Positions 18,869 to 30,184 of a stretch of DNA of 64,000 nt are shown here, in pieces. The position numbers and the translations under genes were made by a program. Origin of the DNA: a virus; IMG/VR virus record IMGVR_UViG_3300036879_000022, positions 20,383-84,382 of that record; one strand, given 5' to 3'. The notes under the pieces are model-generated. The model was not told the origin of the DNA and did not search any database. It saw only the letters and a program-made list of their open reading frames with translations. Positions within the stretch are counted from its first letter, which is position 1, and each line of letters starts with the position of its first letter.

Positions 18869-20700
18869 GCAACGCGGAAGAGGATGATATTGTCGGGGAG
18901 TTCTTCTCCCGGGTCGGGGTCACCGTCATCGAAGCCCTCTATCAACAGAACCATGCAAGCCAAAGTCTTGACCGCGAACGTGTCGCCGCCGATCGCGCGA
19001 CGCTCCAGCTCATTGACGTGAGCAACGATGTCTTGGCGGGTGCTCATTCCAGCGACTTGAGCCATTCTCTGGCCTCTTCGAGACTGATCTCGGTATGGCC
19101 GCGACTGGCGAGGAACCGACGCTGACGAGGCGTGGCCTCCATGTCAATATAGCGCAGCTTCTCGGGATCGTATCCGCGCAGGATTTCCACATCCTCGTCG
19201 CGCTCGACGATCATGAGTGTGCGCCGCGCGGCCGTGCTGGGATAGTCGAGATCAGTGATCGCGCGAGCGTAGCGGGCGCCTCGGCCGAGGCAGACGATGC
19301 GCTTGAGGTCACTCATTGCCGTTCTCCCTCCACGCCTTGACCTCGACCTCGGTCATCGGCCGCAGGTTTGTGAACGGGCTATCCTCGGTCAACTCCATCT
19401 TCGTGAGGATCGCCGCATCCTTCAGGTTGCCGAAGTTGGCGAGGTCCTTCTCCGCGACGACGGCCGACCACCCGCTGGACATCTCGCCCTCATCGCACGT
19501 GATCATGCGCTGGAGCGTGACGATGAAAAACTGTTCGGTATCAGGCATAGGCTTCTTTCTCCGTTTGGTCGGCTTGCAGCTCGCGCACTGGACCTTGCAC
19601 GTCGGGCCGTTGAACTCTTCGCTCTCGCACATGAAGTTAGCGGGCATGGCGCGCAACCCTCACGCTGATCCGGCGCCCGTGCTCCTTGCGGCTGCGGGCC
19701 GGCGGCATCTTCGCCAGATGACGAAGAGCCCTACGCTGTTTCTTGTTGAGCCTGATCATTTGATCCGATGAACCTCGTAGTCGGCTTCGCGGAGATAGAT
19801 GCGATAGACGTTGACGCCGTAGTTGATGCAGTTGTGGAATTGCTGCTCGCTCGTCATCATCGGCTCGCGGCGCATGTAGCCTTCGACCATCTTCTCGCCC
19901 CCGATCTGGGCAGGGAACGCAAGCTCGACCATGTCACTCTTGAACAGTTGATGACCGTCGATCGGGAGCTGTTCGCTCGCCATGAGCAGATAGGCGCGTT
20001 CGGCGTTGCTCACTTGACCACCCTCAAATCGGGAAACTTTATCTTGCGTCGGCAGTCCGGGCACGTTGTCCGGACATCGAAATGCGTGGTCTTGATCGGC
20101 TCGTCATAGTAGCCGCGCGACGTGTCGGTGTCGCTCAGCCGAATGCCGCACCGCGTATAGACAGAGCCGTGCTCCAGCAATGCCAACCGATGAACGTCAC
20201 ATCGTGCCATAGATGATCTTCCGGGGCGTTGCCTTGGCCGCTACGGACGCCGCCTGTCGTGCGGTCACCACGAGGGAGACACCGGTGCGCTCGGCCAGCG
20301 CACGCGCCAGAAGAGCCCGGGGAGTGGCTTTCCGACCGCTCGGGCCAGACCCGGAAGTCTTGCTGTTGCCGCCGCGCTTCTGCCAGACGAACCGGCGATG
20401 TTTCGTCATGCCATCACGCATCGGCTCCAGCCACGCCCCCTGACCGGCTACCTTCGGGCTGACACAAACTCCTGCACGTCCACGCATCACGATTTTCCTT
20501 TTGCTTTGAGCTTCGCCTTATAGCTCCGATCGAACAGCCGCGCAAGGTCTTGTTGAAGAGCATGCGTGTTCGCGTTGAACGTCGCCAGCCGGCAGTTATA
20601 GTCCCGGGTATAGATGCCGACCTTGCCATCTTCTCCCGTGCGAATTTCGTAGTTGGCCCAGCCGAATTTCTTGGGATACCCCATAGCATGTCCCTCATGA
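18865..20700 (-). other. Run of small coupled hypothetical ORFs (19044-19316, 19309-19656, 19756-20064 and others)
   Basis: Head-to-tail minus-strand ORFs with overlapping start/stop codons; no recognisable motifs. Confidence 0.55.
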
Positions 20701-20743
20701 GAACGGAGCCGGTCGCCCGGCTCCGCTACGCTAGAAGTTGATC

Positions 20744-21250
20744 TCAGTGATCGGCGGTGCCGACGATGAGCGGCTGGATGCGGAGCCGGATCGGCTGATC
20801 GCTGTAGAGGTACGATCCCTGACCCCACTGACGATAGACGCCGTCCGTGTTCCAGTAGTAGATGTATTCGCCCGACGAGCCCCACGTTCCTTCGTCGGAG
20901 GCTGCGGCCCGGGCGATGGTGTTCGTGCCACCGCCGCCCCAGCCTGACGAGGCGCGATCGGGCGGCGTAAGGCGCTTGCCGCCGCTCGTCACCTTACCCT
21001 TGACGCCTTCGTACAGGATCGGCTGGCCTGCCTGATTGAGCAGAACGATGAAGCCGAGCTTGCCCGGGTCCGCCGTCAACTGGAGGCGATGCTTGATATT
21101 GTCGATCTCGGCATTGTCCTCGAAGTTGATTGACTTGGCGGCCTCGGCCGCCTTGTTAGTCTGGACCTGCTTGTTGGTCGGCGGGTCCACATCGCAGCCG
21201 GCGAGCATCACGCACGCGAGGGCCGCAAAGATAGCAGAGATAGTCTTCAC
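20744..21250 (-). CDS. Putative lipoprotein
   Basis: Signal peptide with lipobox LAGC. Confidence 0.8.
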   Translation of the reverse strand: MKTISAIFAALACVMLAGCDVDPPTNKQVQTNKAAEAAKSINFEDNAEIDNIKHRLQLTADPGKLGFIVLLNQAGQPILYEGVKGKVTSGGKRLTPPDRASSGWGGGGTNTIARAAASDEGTWGSSGEYIYYWNTDGVYRQWGQGSYLYSDQPIRLRIQPLIVGTADH

Positions 21251-21678
21251 TCACATTCTCCTGAGTTGAGCTGATCGGGGAGGTCGTGCGACCGGAAGAT
21301 GCCCCGGTTCATCTTCTCGGAATTGGCATTGTACCGACGCGAGAGATCGCGGCAGGACTGCTGAATGGCCGCCATATCGATGCGGAGCCTGCTCTTCTCC
21401 TGAGCATCGGTCTCGGCGCCGAGCAAGCCCTTGAACTGCTTGACCTGAGCGACGCGCGCCAGATAGTTGCCGTTCGCGTCATGGAACCATTCGTAATTCG
21501 TGATGACGTTGTCGGCGTCGAGCGTCTTGTTGACGATGCGCCCGGGCTGCAAGATCAGACTGCCGATGCCGAGCGCGGAGCCCAGCACGAACAGCCCGAT
21601 GATGGTTGCGAAAAAGATTTTGGGGAGCGACCAATAGAAGTTGCCCTCCGCCTCGTGAACGTCTCTCCGATAGCTCAT
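21247..21678 (-). CDS. Single-TM membrane protein coupled to the lipoprotein gene
   Basis: N-terminal TM, NYEWF, coiled coil, YNA. Confidence 0.75.
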   Translation of the reverse strand: MSYRRDVHEAEGNFYWSLPKIFFATIIGLFVLGSALGIGSLILQPGRIVNKTLDADNVITNYEWFHDANGNYLARVAQVKQFKGLLGAETDAQEKSRLRIDMAAIQQSCRDLSRRYNANSEKMNRGIFRSHDLPDQLNSGECE

Positions 21679-22067
21679 CGCTTTCCTCCGATTAGTAATG
21701 GACCACGGCTTGCCTCATACGCGATGATCAGCCGTTCGACAATAGCCTGTAACGAGTACGCCTCAAATTCCGAGGACGGGGTTAATTCGCCCATCGCCTC
21801 CCGCATCTGGCGCCAGACATGGCTTCCCTCGTGGACAAGATAGCCCACGACCTTCCGCTTGGACTTGACGTGCTCCCCGACACAGACGAGCGTTGTGGAC
21901 ACGCCCTCACGATCTATGAAATGGATACTGCACGCGTCGTGATCCGGATAGGCCCGGTCAAGATGATATCGCTTGTCGGCCTCTCCCCACGCTCGCGCGC
22001 TGGGACAGAACGCGAAGTGATACGGAAGCCAATCGTCGCTGCACCAAACTAATTTGTGCTTGATCAC
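21675..22067 (-). CDS. HExxH-containing hypothetical protein
   Basis: LVHEGSH..SEFEAY. Confidence 0.65.
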   Translation of the reverse strand: MIKHKLVWCSDDWLPYHFAFCPSARAWGEADKRYHLDRAYPDHDACSIHFIDREGVSTTLVCVGEHVKSKRKVVGYLVHEGSHVWRQMREAMGELTPSSEFEAYSLQAIVERLIIAYEASRGPLLIGGKR

Positions 22068-22288
22068 ATCAAGTCCTCAAACTCATCCACCGGCTGAAGC
22101 TCATTGAACCGCTTGCGCTGATCTTCGATCTCGCTGGGGTACACTGGCGCGTTGATGCACCAAAGAAGAAACGCTTGCTCGGTGCCGACCTCAGACGACG
22201 CCGGCACCAATGCCTTAACGAGCCCAGCGCATCGCTCGCGCTCTTCCTCGATATAGTGCTGGATCGTGTGCTCGTAGACATAGCTCAT
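22064..22288 (-). CDS. Hypothetical protein ending EDLM
   Basis: 74 aa, coupled to both neighbours. Confidence 0.6.
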   Translation of the reverse strand: MSYVYEHTIQHYIEEERERCAGLVKALVPASSEVGTEQAFLLWCINAPVYPSEIEDQRKRFNELQPVDEFEDLM

Positions 22289-22772
22289 TTGCGTTTGGCC
22301 CGACGTTTATTCTCGGCGTCAAATGCGGCGTCGCACGCTTCTTTGCCTTGCTCCTTGACGAACCGAGTGAGCGCGAGCCGCGATGTGATGCGCTCCAACT
22401 GATCACGCGAGCCGACGCCGTCCACGAGTTTGTTGAACTTGCGGGCTTCCGCCGTGGTCAGCTTCTTGGGCGGCAGGAGGCTGTCGGCGCCGAGCTTCTT
22501 GACCTGAGCCTTGATGTTGAAGCGTGGGATCATTTGCCCCTCAAGATCAGATAGCACGCGGCCGTGATGAGCAACAGCCGCCATTCTCCGGTGGCTACCG
22601 CGCCGACGCAGGACACGACGAACGCGATGATAGCGAGTGAGCCGATGAGCATCATGTCAGAAGCACCTTTCGCTTTGCGTGACCGCGCACCAAACGTGCG
22701 CACTCCAGAACGGATTGATGGCCGTCGCTATAGCGAGTGCTGCGATGGCTGTCAACATGCCCAGTGCAAACC

Positions 22773-23498
22773 TCATAAAGCCCAGTGTCCCCAGACCTTA
22801 TGGGCCTGCACGATGCAATCGTAGACTGGGTCGTGTGGAACACCGTCGATCTTCATAGAGGGCGGGATGATCCGCGTCGGCGGCGTCTCACGGCAAAATG
22901 ACCGCATGTCGCGCGGTGCCTGATAGTGCCAAAGCTCGGGCTCATCCCGGTCGTTCGACTGGCCATAGGCGCCCATCTGCATGTTGAGGCCGACAAGATT
23001 AGACAAATCGAACTGTGTGCCATTGGCCCAGACGCGTGATGCGTTCCGACAGAAGTCCCGAACATCCTTGAGCGTGCCGGCCATTGAGCGCCGCTCGCCC
23101 ACGTATTCTGCCCAGTGCGCCCGCGCTTCCTTCGACTGCGCCATCCACCACTTCTGAGTGCTGGCACTGACTTCGCGTCCGAGGATGAGCTGTTGCTCGA
23201 TACTGGGGATGATCAGCTTGCGCTTACCGATGCGCAGACCCTCGATCGGCTCCGGCGTGAACTCGATCAGGCCGATCGACAGGATCAGCGCGTTGTTCGG
23301 GTGCAGCGACATGGTTTCGATATCGATCATCACGTGATCAAACAGCTCTTCCGTCAGGCCGCGATCAAATGCCTCGCGCTGCTCGGGCGTAGCGTCGCGG
23401 ATATACGCACACGATCCCGGGTCATTCTCCGCGCACTTGATCAGTGTAACGCCGACCGTGTCATCATCGATCACCGCGTCGTATTGGGTCGTCACCAT
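22773..23498 (-). CDS. DEDDh 3'-5' exonuclease, Rv2179c/DUF5051-like
   Basis: HVMIDIET, ILSIG, VWANGTQFD, RDMRS, HDPVYDC. Confidence 0.88.
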   Translation of the reverse strand: MVTTQYDAVIDDDTVGVTLIKCAENDPGSCAYIRDATPEQREAFDRGLTEELFDHVMIDIETMSLHPNNALILSIGLIEFTPEPIEGLRIGKRKLIIPSIEQQLILGREVSASTQKWWMAQSKEARAHWAEYVGERRSMAGTLKDVRDFCRNASRVWANGTQFDLSNLVGLNMQMGAYGQSNDRDEPELWHYQAPRDMRSFCRETPPTRIIPPSMKIDGVPHDPVYDCIVQAHKVWGHWAL

Positions 23499-23690
23499 GA
23501 CACACGCTCCAGAGTTGTAAGTTGGAAGGGATATTCGTTTGGCTTCATGTTGAGGTCGAACCAAATGCACCGGGCAAACTCGCCCTCGATTTTCTTGACG
23601 ACCATCTCTTGGTTGCAGCCGGACAGACGCACGACCGAGCCGTCGCGAACTTCATGAGATCGGGCCACGTAAGCCCCCCTATGGGTCCGG

Positions 23691-24116
23691 TCAGAAGGGA
23701 ATGTCATCGCCATTATCCACATATCCCGAGGCTTTGCGAGCCTCGGCTGCTTGATGGTTCTCAGCACGGCGCCGGGCGATTGCCATACTGTGCGGGAAGC
23801 CGAGCATTTCTTTGTCGGCCCCGACGTACTGGATCGTATACCCCTTGAGCGCGGCACTGACAAGCCATTTTCTCATGCGCTCTTTGTCGAGCATCTCGAC
23901 GCCGACGCGGTCCTTCTTGGCCCAGTCGAAGTGCAGGGGACAGGCGAGGTTCTTCGGCGGCCGGATATCATGATTGATCGCGAACCGGAAAGGCCTCTCA
24001 GTCAGCTCCAGACACTTCGCCGCGAGCAGTTCGGCGACGCGCCGATCGCTATAGGCCGGCGTGATCGCGAGGACTTGCTGATTGATCGACAGCTTGCTCG
24101 GCCCGTGCTCGCCCAT
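23691..24116 (-). CDS. Hypothetical protein with SSB-like DDIPF tail
   Basis: Ends GDDIPF*. Confidence 0.65.
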   Translation of the reverse strand: MGEHGPSKLSINQQVLAITPAYSDRRVAELLAAKCLELTERPFRFAINHDIRPPKNLACPLHFDWAKKDRVGVEMLDKERMRKWLVSAALKGYTIQYVGADKEMLGFPHSMAIARRRAENHQAAEARKASGYVDNGDDIPF

Positions 24117-24117
24117 T

Positions 24118-24588
24118 TTAGGTGATGCCCTTCTCGCACGCCTGCCACGACGCGCAGTCCGCTGGCTCAATGCAACGAGAACACGGGACCCACGCGTCCG
24201 GCTCCAGCCCGTGCGCAGCGCGGATCGCGTCGAGCCTCTCGGCTTCGTTCGTTGGGGCCGCGTGGACCCTGATCTGTTCGTTCGGATCGCGCTTCAATTC
24301 GCGCGGATCATATCCCTTGCGGATGCAATTGGCGACGACGCGGAACGCCTTGGCGACCTCTTCGAGTAAATGGGCGTTGTACTCCCACTTGGGCGCGACA
24401 TGCGTGGTCTTCTTGAACGGGGGCCAGATCGCCCGGGCAGTGAACGTGCCCTCCTTGCGAACACGATCGGCACTGACGATGCTGATATCCGCGCGCATTT
24501 CGCAGAGCAGCGCGCAACGTTCGGTCTCGTCGGCGCGATGCGCCCGCTCCATGGCATAGAGTTCGTCCTCGGATAAGTCGGCCATCAC
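24118..24588 (-). CDS. Hypothetical protein
   Basis: 156 aa with a C-terminal CxxC..C..C. Confidence 0.6.
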   Translation of the reverse strand: MMADLSEDELYAMERAHRADETERCALLCEMRADISIVSADRVRKEGTFTARAIWPPFKKTTHVAPKWEYNAHLLEEVAKAFRVVANCIRKGYDPRELKRDPNEQIRVHAAPTNEAERLDAIRAAHGLEPDAWVPCSRCIEPADCASWQACEKGIT

Positions 24589-25229
24589 CGCGCCCTCGCT
24601 TCATCCAATTCACGGTCCAATTCACGGTCTCGCTCACGCGCCGCTCGCCGAAACGTGTCAGCGCGCTTTTGCAGGTCCAAGGCCCGGACATGATGTCCAT
24701 CGCAGAGTTCGATCCCGGCCCGGCGCATCGCTTCGTCGGCGCCCGCGTCCAAAAGCTCGGGCGAAAACTGCTTGCTGATCGGGTCACTCATCTTCGTTGC
24801 ACTTTCCGTCTTTTCGCAGGCACGAACCGGTTGGCAGGAAATAGAAATCGTTGCCCAGTCGCACGTGACAGTCGCACGGCTCCAGTGGGATTGTATCCAT
24901 CCCCGAACGCTGCACCGTATCGGGCAGATGGATGATCGTTCCGTCCTGAGTGCGAAACTCACGCATTCCCTAATCCTCTGATTTGCAAGCTGCACAACGA
25001 AGATCGGATGACCCGCGCGCTACGATCGCCTCGAACCGCTGGAGCCAATCGCCCATGAAGTTTTGGTGCTGTCGAAACGCCCCTTCGATATTGTCCGCTG
25101 CGCGCAGCATCAGATCGGCCGAACCGCTGACGGTATCGCCTGCGCGCAGCATCAGATCAGCCGCGCTGGATATCGTGCGGCCGGCGCGGAGAACATCCTC
25201 GGCGCCCATCAATGTAACGTATTCGCCCA

Positions 25230-25607
25230 TCATGCACCCCCAAGGTATGAAACAAGCCGGCACTCATAGTGCTCCGGCTTGCTGGCGCGTGTCAAGCAGC
25301 TATCCCAAACTTTTCCGTCGCGCCAGACGACCCAATGCCAGTCGTAGCCGCCCTCGCACTCAGGAGGGATCACCTTGACGATCGCGCGCTCGGGTGGAAT
25401 GTCGTGCCAGCTCTTGACGCGGATCAGCTTTGGCTTCGTGATGTCGATCGCGGTTGCAACCTGTTTTGTCCGGGTGTTGAACCTGAGCCTGTTGTAGTGC
25501 GCGTTGCCCCATATGCGATGAGCGGCAGCTCTCCACGAGATGTCGAGCAGATTGGCCACGGCGCAGACGCCGCAGTCATGGAGCTTGGTGTTCTTGATCA
25601 TCCTCAT
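25230..25607 (-). CDS. C39/papain-like cysteine peptidase domain protein
   Basis: DCGVCAVA..HWVVW..VWDS (Cys-His-Asp order). Confidence 0.65.
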   Translation of the reverse strand: MRMIKNTKLHDCGVCAVANLLDISWRAAAHRIWGNAHYNRLRFNTRTKQVATAIDITKPKLIRVKSWHDIPPERAIVKVIPPECEGGYDWHWVVWRDGKVWDSCLTRASKPEHYECRLVSYLGGA

Positions 25608-26781
25608 GGGATATAGGCCTTCGCTACCCATGCGACGATCAGCAACACGAAAATCCCGCCGAAGATATATCCAAGGTAGTCCGGCTTCTCGACGCGCGGC
25701 TCCCAGCCCTCGCCCGTGGTCCCGCACATCTCTTCGGCCTCCCGGACAGTCCGGGCCTGTTGCGCATACCAGCCGTCAACGACATCGAACTTGCGGTATA
25801 GAACATTGGTGCACGTGTTGCCGTCGTCGCCTCCACGAGAAAACCATTTGCACTCGCGGCAGGGCTTCAATGTGTTGGTGTAGTCAGTCATTCGCAGCTT
25901 CATGGCATCCATCCCATCATGGTGTTGACCGCGCGCACAAACTCAGACCACTGATCCTGAGTGAGAAACTCGGTCGCGTCCTGATCCGATCCGAGGACGC
26001 TCAGCGCAATCTCGCCCACGTTGTTCGGCGTAGCCACAACGCACCGACGCTGATCGCAGCCCTCATCGTTCTCGTCATCAGGGTCGGTGAAGACTACAGC
26101 TTCGGTCATGACGTATGCTCCGTCCACCACTTGGCGAGCAGTCGGGCTTGCGCGCCGGTGCACATGACTTCATCGCAGCACGCACCCGTGCCGAACGTGC
26201 AACCAATCTGCTCGGCATAGCGATGCATCTCGTCGAACAGCTTAGCCTTAGCCTCCCGCCACTGTTGCTGGCGCAGCGCCTCCATATCAACGCGCATCGC
26301 CGGCCGACGAAAGTTTGGGTCAAACTTACGCATCTGCATGCCCCGGGCCGATGTATCGGATCGTGGTGCCATCAGGCAGAATGATGGGCGGCGGTGGATC
26401 GGTCGCAGCCAGCGCGGCGAGAGCCTTGATGTACGGCTCAGCACGCGTATGATATTCGTTTCGGAGCCTGTCAAGCTCCCGATACAGAAACTCACGCTGG
26501 CGCTCTTTATAGAAGCTCATCGGAAAAATCCATGCACCCAATCGAGGTAGTAGGGATAGCCGAGCATAATCCACGGCAGCACCAAGAACGTCACGACGAA
26601 ACCGCCGATCACCGCCAGCATCGCTTGCAGATAGCTCATCGGAAAGCCCTCTCCAGCTTCTCTAGCCGGTCCATGAGACCGACTGTTCCCTGTTTCATCA
26701 CGTACACTGCCGCGCTGTCCACGACGATCCAAGCCGCCATGATCGCGACGACCATCAGCAAGGACGCTAACAAGCTGCGTT

Positions 26782-27012
26782 TCATATTGCGGCTCCCAGC
26801 TCTCGAAGTGTGCGCTTCGCCAGCGCCATCACGTTGCGTTCTGCCCGATGATCGCTCGGGGTATTGCCGATCACGATGAAGCGAGACTTCTCCCGAAATA
26901 CGAAGTACACTTTCGGGTGCCGTCCACCGTGAACGACGTTGATTTGAGCGCCGACGCTTTCGGCTAGGTCGGCTAGGTATTGTTCGATCTCACGCGTCTT
27001 GCTGCTTGCCAT
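26782..27012 (-). CDS. HicA-like protein
   Basis: GGRHPKV..TPSDHRAERN. Confidence 0.6.
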   Translation of the reverse strand: MASSKTREIEQYLADLAESVGAQINVVHGGRHPKVYFVFREKSRFIVIGNTPSDHRAERNVMALAKRTLRELGAAI

Positions 27013-27747
27013 GTTGGCCTCCTGTCCCAGTGGCTTCGCATGCCGCCGGGGCAGTGTCTATCTAAAACCCTCGGGATGGTTAACCCTTCGGGTGATCGGC
27101 ATGCCGTATTGATTGAGCCACGCTTCTTTGGTGCCATTCGTCGGATTGATATAATAGCCCATGGTTCACTCCGTTGTCAGATAGGCCTCGACGGCCTCAA
27201 GAAGCTTCCTGTCTTTGTCCGGTTGCTCGCGCCCGACCGAATAGGCCAGCAACTCTTCGATCTGCTTCGCGAGCGAGGGCACGTCATCACGCTCTTCGAG
27301 AAGCCGGGTCACGTCTTTGACAAGGCCCTTCATCGTGGTCGGCTCGCACGTTGCGATGTGGCGCATGTCATTGCGGCCACTCATGCCGGCGTTGATCCCA
27401 TAGACCGTGTGATCCTTTTCGTTCCACGGCTGCTTGCACACATCGAAGTCGGCGCCGCCCTTCTTATTCTTGCCGGGCGAGATGACGTGGCCATGGCTCA
27501 TATACCACGGGCCGGGCGAGGTCGCCTCGGTGTTGGCCGCGATCGTCGCGATGACGCGCTTGATCCGGTTGATGGCACTTGTCTCAATCATTGTTTTGGT
27601 CCTCATCAATGAACACGGGCACGATCTGCCCTGTCCACGGGTTGCGTCTCGGGTCAAGAGGCCTCTCTTGGCTCCGGTCTTGTGTTGTTGGCCGAAGAGC
27701 CACGTCTCCCCTGACTTTCCAGTCCGGCCGATCTTTAGATTTTGGTT

Positions 27748-28572
27748 TCATTTGCGTCGCTTCTTGCTGCGCTGTTCCCAGTCCCGCTTCTTGGGACCGC
27801 GACCGTAGACCGCGTCCTCGGTTGTCTTTACCGTGAGGTCTCGAAGCGTGTCAAGCTCCATATGGCCGAGTGCACGCTGCTCCATCTGCGAATAGTCGAA
27901 ACGGTTAAGAACGTCAGACCTCATTTTGTAGTCCACCCAATGCGGATCGCCGTTCTTGTCGATCATCATTGCGTCGTGGCCAGCGCGCACGCGCTCGCGC
28001 TCGGCCGCCGTGAGCGGATACATGGGATCACCGCCCATGACCACGAGCACTTCGGCTTTCGAAACCATCGCAGCATAGGCACGCAATTGCTCTGTGCTTT
28101 TCGCCATCGCCGCCGTGTGCTCGGCAACGCTGTTATACATGCCGATGTGCGTGTCACCCACGATCAGCGTGTGCTTCGTCGGATCGCGGCCTGTCGCTGA
28201 ATAGGGTTCGTCCATCGCGTTCGTCTGTGCTCCCGGGTGCGGGTTGATGCGCTCGCGCCAGTTCGTTGCGAAGCTGTCGTCCCGATAGAAGCGAGCGAGC
28301 CAATACCGATCGTAGAAGCCGGAGCCCGGGTTGTTCTCGGTCAGGATTTTCTCTGGGGTAAGTGGTGACAGGCGCAGCGTCAGCGCATTGAGCGCCGCAT
28401 TGGTCAGCGGCTCATTGCCATTTTCCTTGATCGCCTCTTCGATCTGTTGATGGACCCACGTGCCAAAGTCCGCAGGGTTGGACATCTGATGGGTCGATCG
28501 GCTCTCGAAGTCGAGCGTGACCATCTTTTTGCGTTCGTTGTTCTTCGCAGCTCTGCGTCGTTTGTTGCTCAT
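27748..28572 (-). CDS. Mosaic hypothetical protein carrying PolA-like motif fragments
   Basis: VTLDFESRS and FDYSQMEQRALGHM; basic termini. Confidence 0.7.
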   Translation of the reverse strand: MSNKRRRAAKNNERKKMVTLDFESRSTHQMSNPADFGTWVHQQIEEAIKENGNEPLTNAALNALTLRLSPLTPEKILTENNPGSGFYDRYWLARFYRDDSFATNWRERINPHPGAQTNAMDEPYSATGRDPTKHTLIVGDTHIGMYNSVAEHTAAMAKSTEQLRAYAAMVSKAEVLVVMGGDPMYPLTAAERERVRAGHDAMMIDKNGDPHWVDYKMRSDVLNRFDYSQMEQRALGHMELDTLRDLTVKTTEDAVYGRGPKKRDWEQRSKKRRK

Positions 28573-28608
28573 CTGATATCCACGAGACCACTCTCGCGCT
28601 CCTTCATC

Positions 28609-29277
28609 TTAGTCATCGAAGTCAATCCCTGCGAAGCGAGCCGCGTCACCGACAGGCTTTGGTGTCGGAGGCTCTATAGGTTTTGCTGTTGGGAGGGTCC
28701 AACTCGGGTAACGGTCAACATCGAGCACCCTCCACGACGTGTCACTGAAGCGCGTGATCTCGGCCCGCACGCGGCGTGTCTGATCACACAGATAGACGCG
28801 TTGGTCGTTCGGATTGGCTTCCACGGACCAACGAGGGGGCATGACCTCGAAGATCATTCCAACGAGAGGCTGCTCGGTGATATACAGCGGACCGGTGGGG
28901 CCGCCGGTCGAGCCGGGGCTGTCGAGAGAGGCGTTGGCGACGCGGGCTGCATTTTGGGCCTTCCGGTGTTCGCGCTCGCACGTCGTGCACAGTTCGCCCT
29001 CATTGACCGGGTGACCGTTGCTGCAAAAGAGTGGCTGATTGACGCGGATCATGAACTGATTGGCGCTGCTGCTGCTGCCCCGGGCGTTCTGCATGAGCCG
29101 CGCCAGCTCGGCGACGGCGATGGCTTCCTCTTTTGTCACGTAGAGGACGGCGACCGATCGCAAGTTGGGCTCGCCGCTCAGTGGCGTCTTGGTCTCGTGA
29201 GTTTCGATCCTGCTCGTCTTCGGCGTTGCCACTTTATCATCCCATCCAGCCGCTCGGGCCATCGCATCGCTCAGCAT
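28609..29277 (-). CDS. Hypothetical protein
   Basis: 222 aa, CxxxH..CxxC; TTGACA upstream at 29311-29316. Confidence 0.65.
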   Translation of the reverse strand: MLSDAMARAAGWDDKVATPKTSRIETHETKTPLSGEPNLRSVAVLYVTKEEAIAVAELARLMQNARGSSSSANQFMIRVNQPLFCSNGHPVNEGELCTTCEREHRKAQNAARVANASLDSPGSTGGPTGPLYITEQPLVGMIFEVMPPRWSVEANPNDQRVYLCDQTRRVRAEITRFSDTSWRVLDVDRYPSWTLPTAKPIEPPTPKPVGDAARFAGIDFDD

Positions 29278-29312
29278 ATGTTTTCATCAATTGCACGCTC
29301 GCGAAGCCATTG

Positions 29313-29726
29313 TCAAGAGATGCGCGACCACGTGATGACGCCCTCGAAGTTGCCGAGCTGGGCGCGCTCGGCCTCGGTCAGCTCCAGCCGATCCATGATG
29401 GCATAGGGCGTCTCAGGGGCGTCCGTGGCAGCTCTCAGGTTGGCCGCAGTCGCAAGGTGGCCGGCAGCTTTTGTGGCTCTTTCGGTCTCGTACCCGGGCC
29501 GCCCGCGCCGGAGCAGACTGAGCACGTATTTCTCATTCTTGGTTGCCAGCTCTTCCACGGTAAGAGCCCGACGCGTCGGTGGCCCGGCGTCAACAACGGC
29601 TCGCTCTGCACGGGACAAGTACATTCGGTTGACCCGGCTAGGTCGGCCATTGAAAGGCTTGGTCATGCCCTGAGCGGCGGCAATCTCGGCATACGAGCGG
29701 ATGAGCGGTCGGCGAACTTGGGGCAC
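29313..29726 (-). CDS. Hypothetical protein, first leftward gene
   Basis: GTG start preceded by AAGGATGGA. Confidence 0.6.
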   Translation of the reverse strand: MPQVRRPLIRSYAEIAAAQGMTKPFNGRPSRVNRMYLSRAERAVVDAGPPTRRALTVEELATKNEKYVLSLLRRGRPGYETERATKAAGHLATAANLRAATDAPETPYAIMDRLELTEAERAQLGNFEGVITWSRIS

Positions 29727-30184
29727 TTTTCCATCCTTTTTGAGGGGTCATTTTCGCGGTGTTTGATGTGCGTTATCACAAGGCTCGGGCCGATGTCAAG
29801 TTGGGCGCTCTGGGACGGCTCGCCGGGGGATTGTTCAATGGTTTCAACGTTTGTCGCTGGGCGGCTACTCAGTGACGCACACTCAGAACTCAGTGGCCGC
29901 TGAAAGGTTTTCCATTTGTCAAATCAACAACTTGTCTTGTATTAACTCATCCACTCATTAGGTCTCATAAACTCCAGCTATAGAAGTCCATGTATCAGCC
30001 CCTCGGAAGAGCCCTATATATGCTGTATGTGGAAAGGCTGGTAAGGGAAATCATAACAGCACAGTAAGAGAGTGTCCGGTAAGTGCTTGATCAGTCAAGG
30101 CCTTTAGCGATGCTCAAATCGCGACCCAACCCTCAGGGGCCTATGGCTGCGCTGCCATACTGACCATGTCAAGCACTAGTTTAG

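Noticed and set aside
25090-25170. 42-nt tandem duplication (ADLMLRA twice)
   Set aside because: Simple in-frame duplication in a small hypothetical ORF with no further signal.
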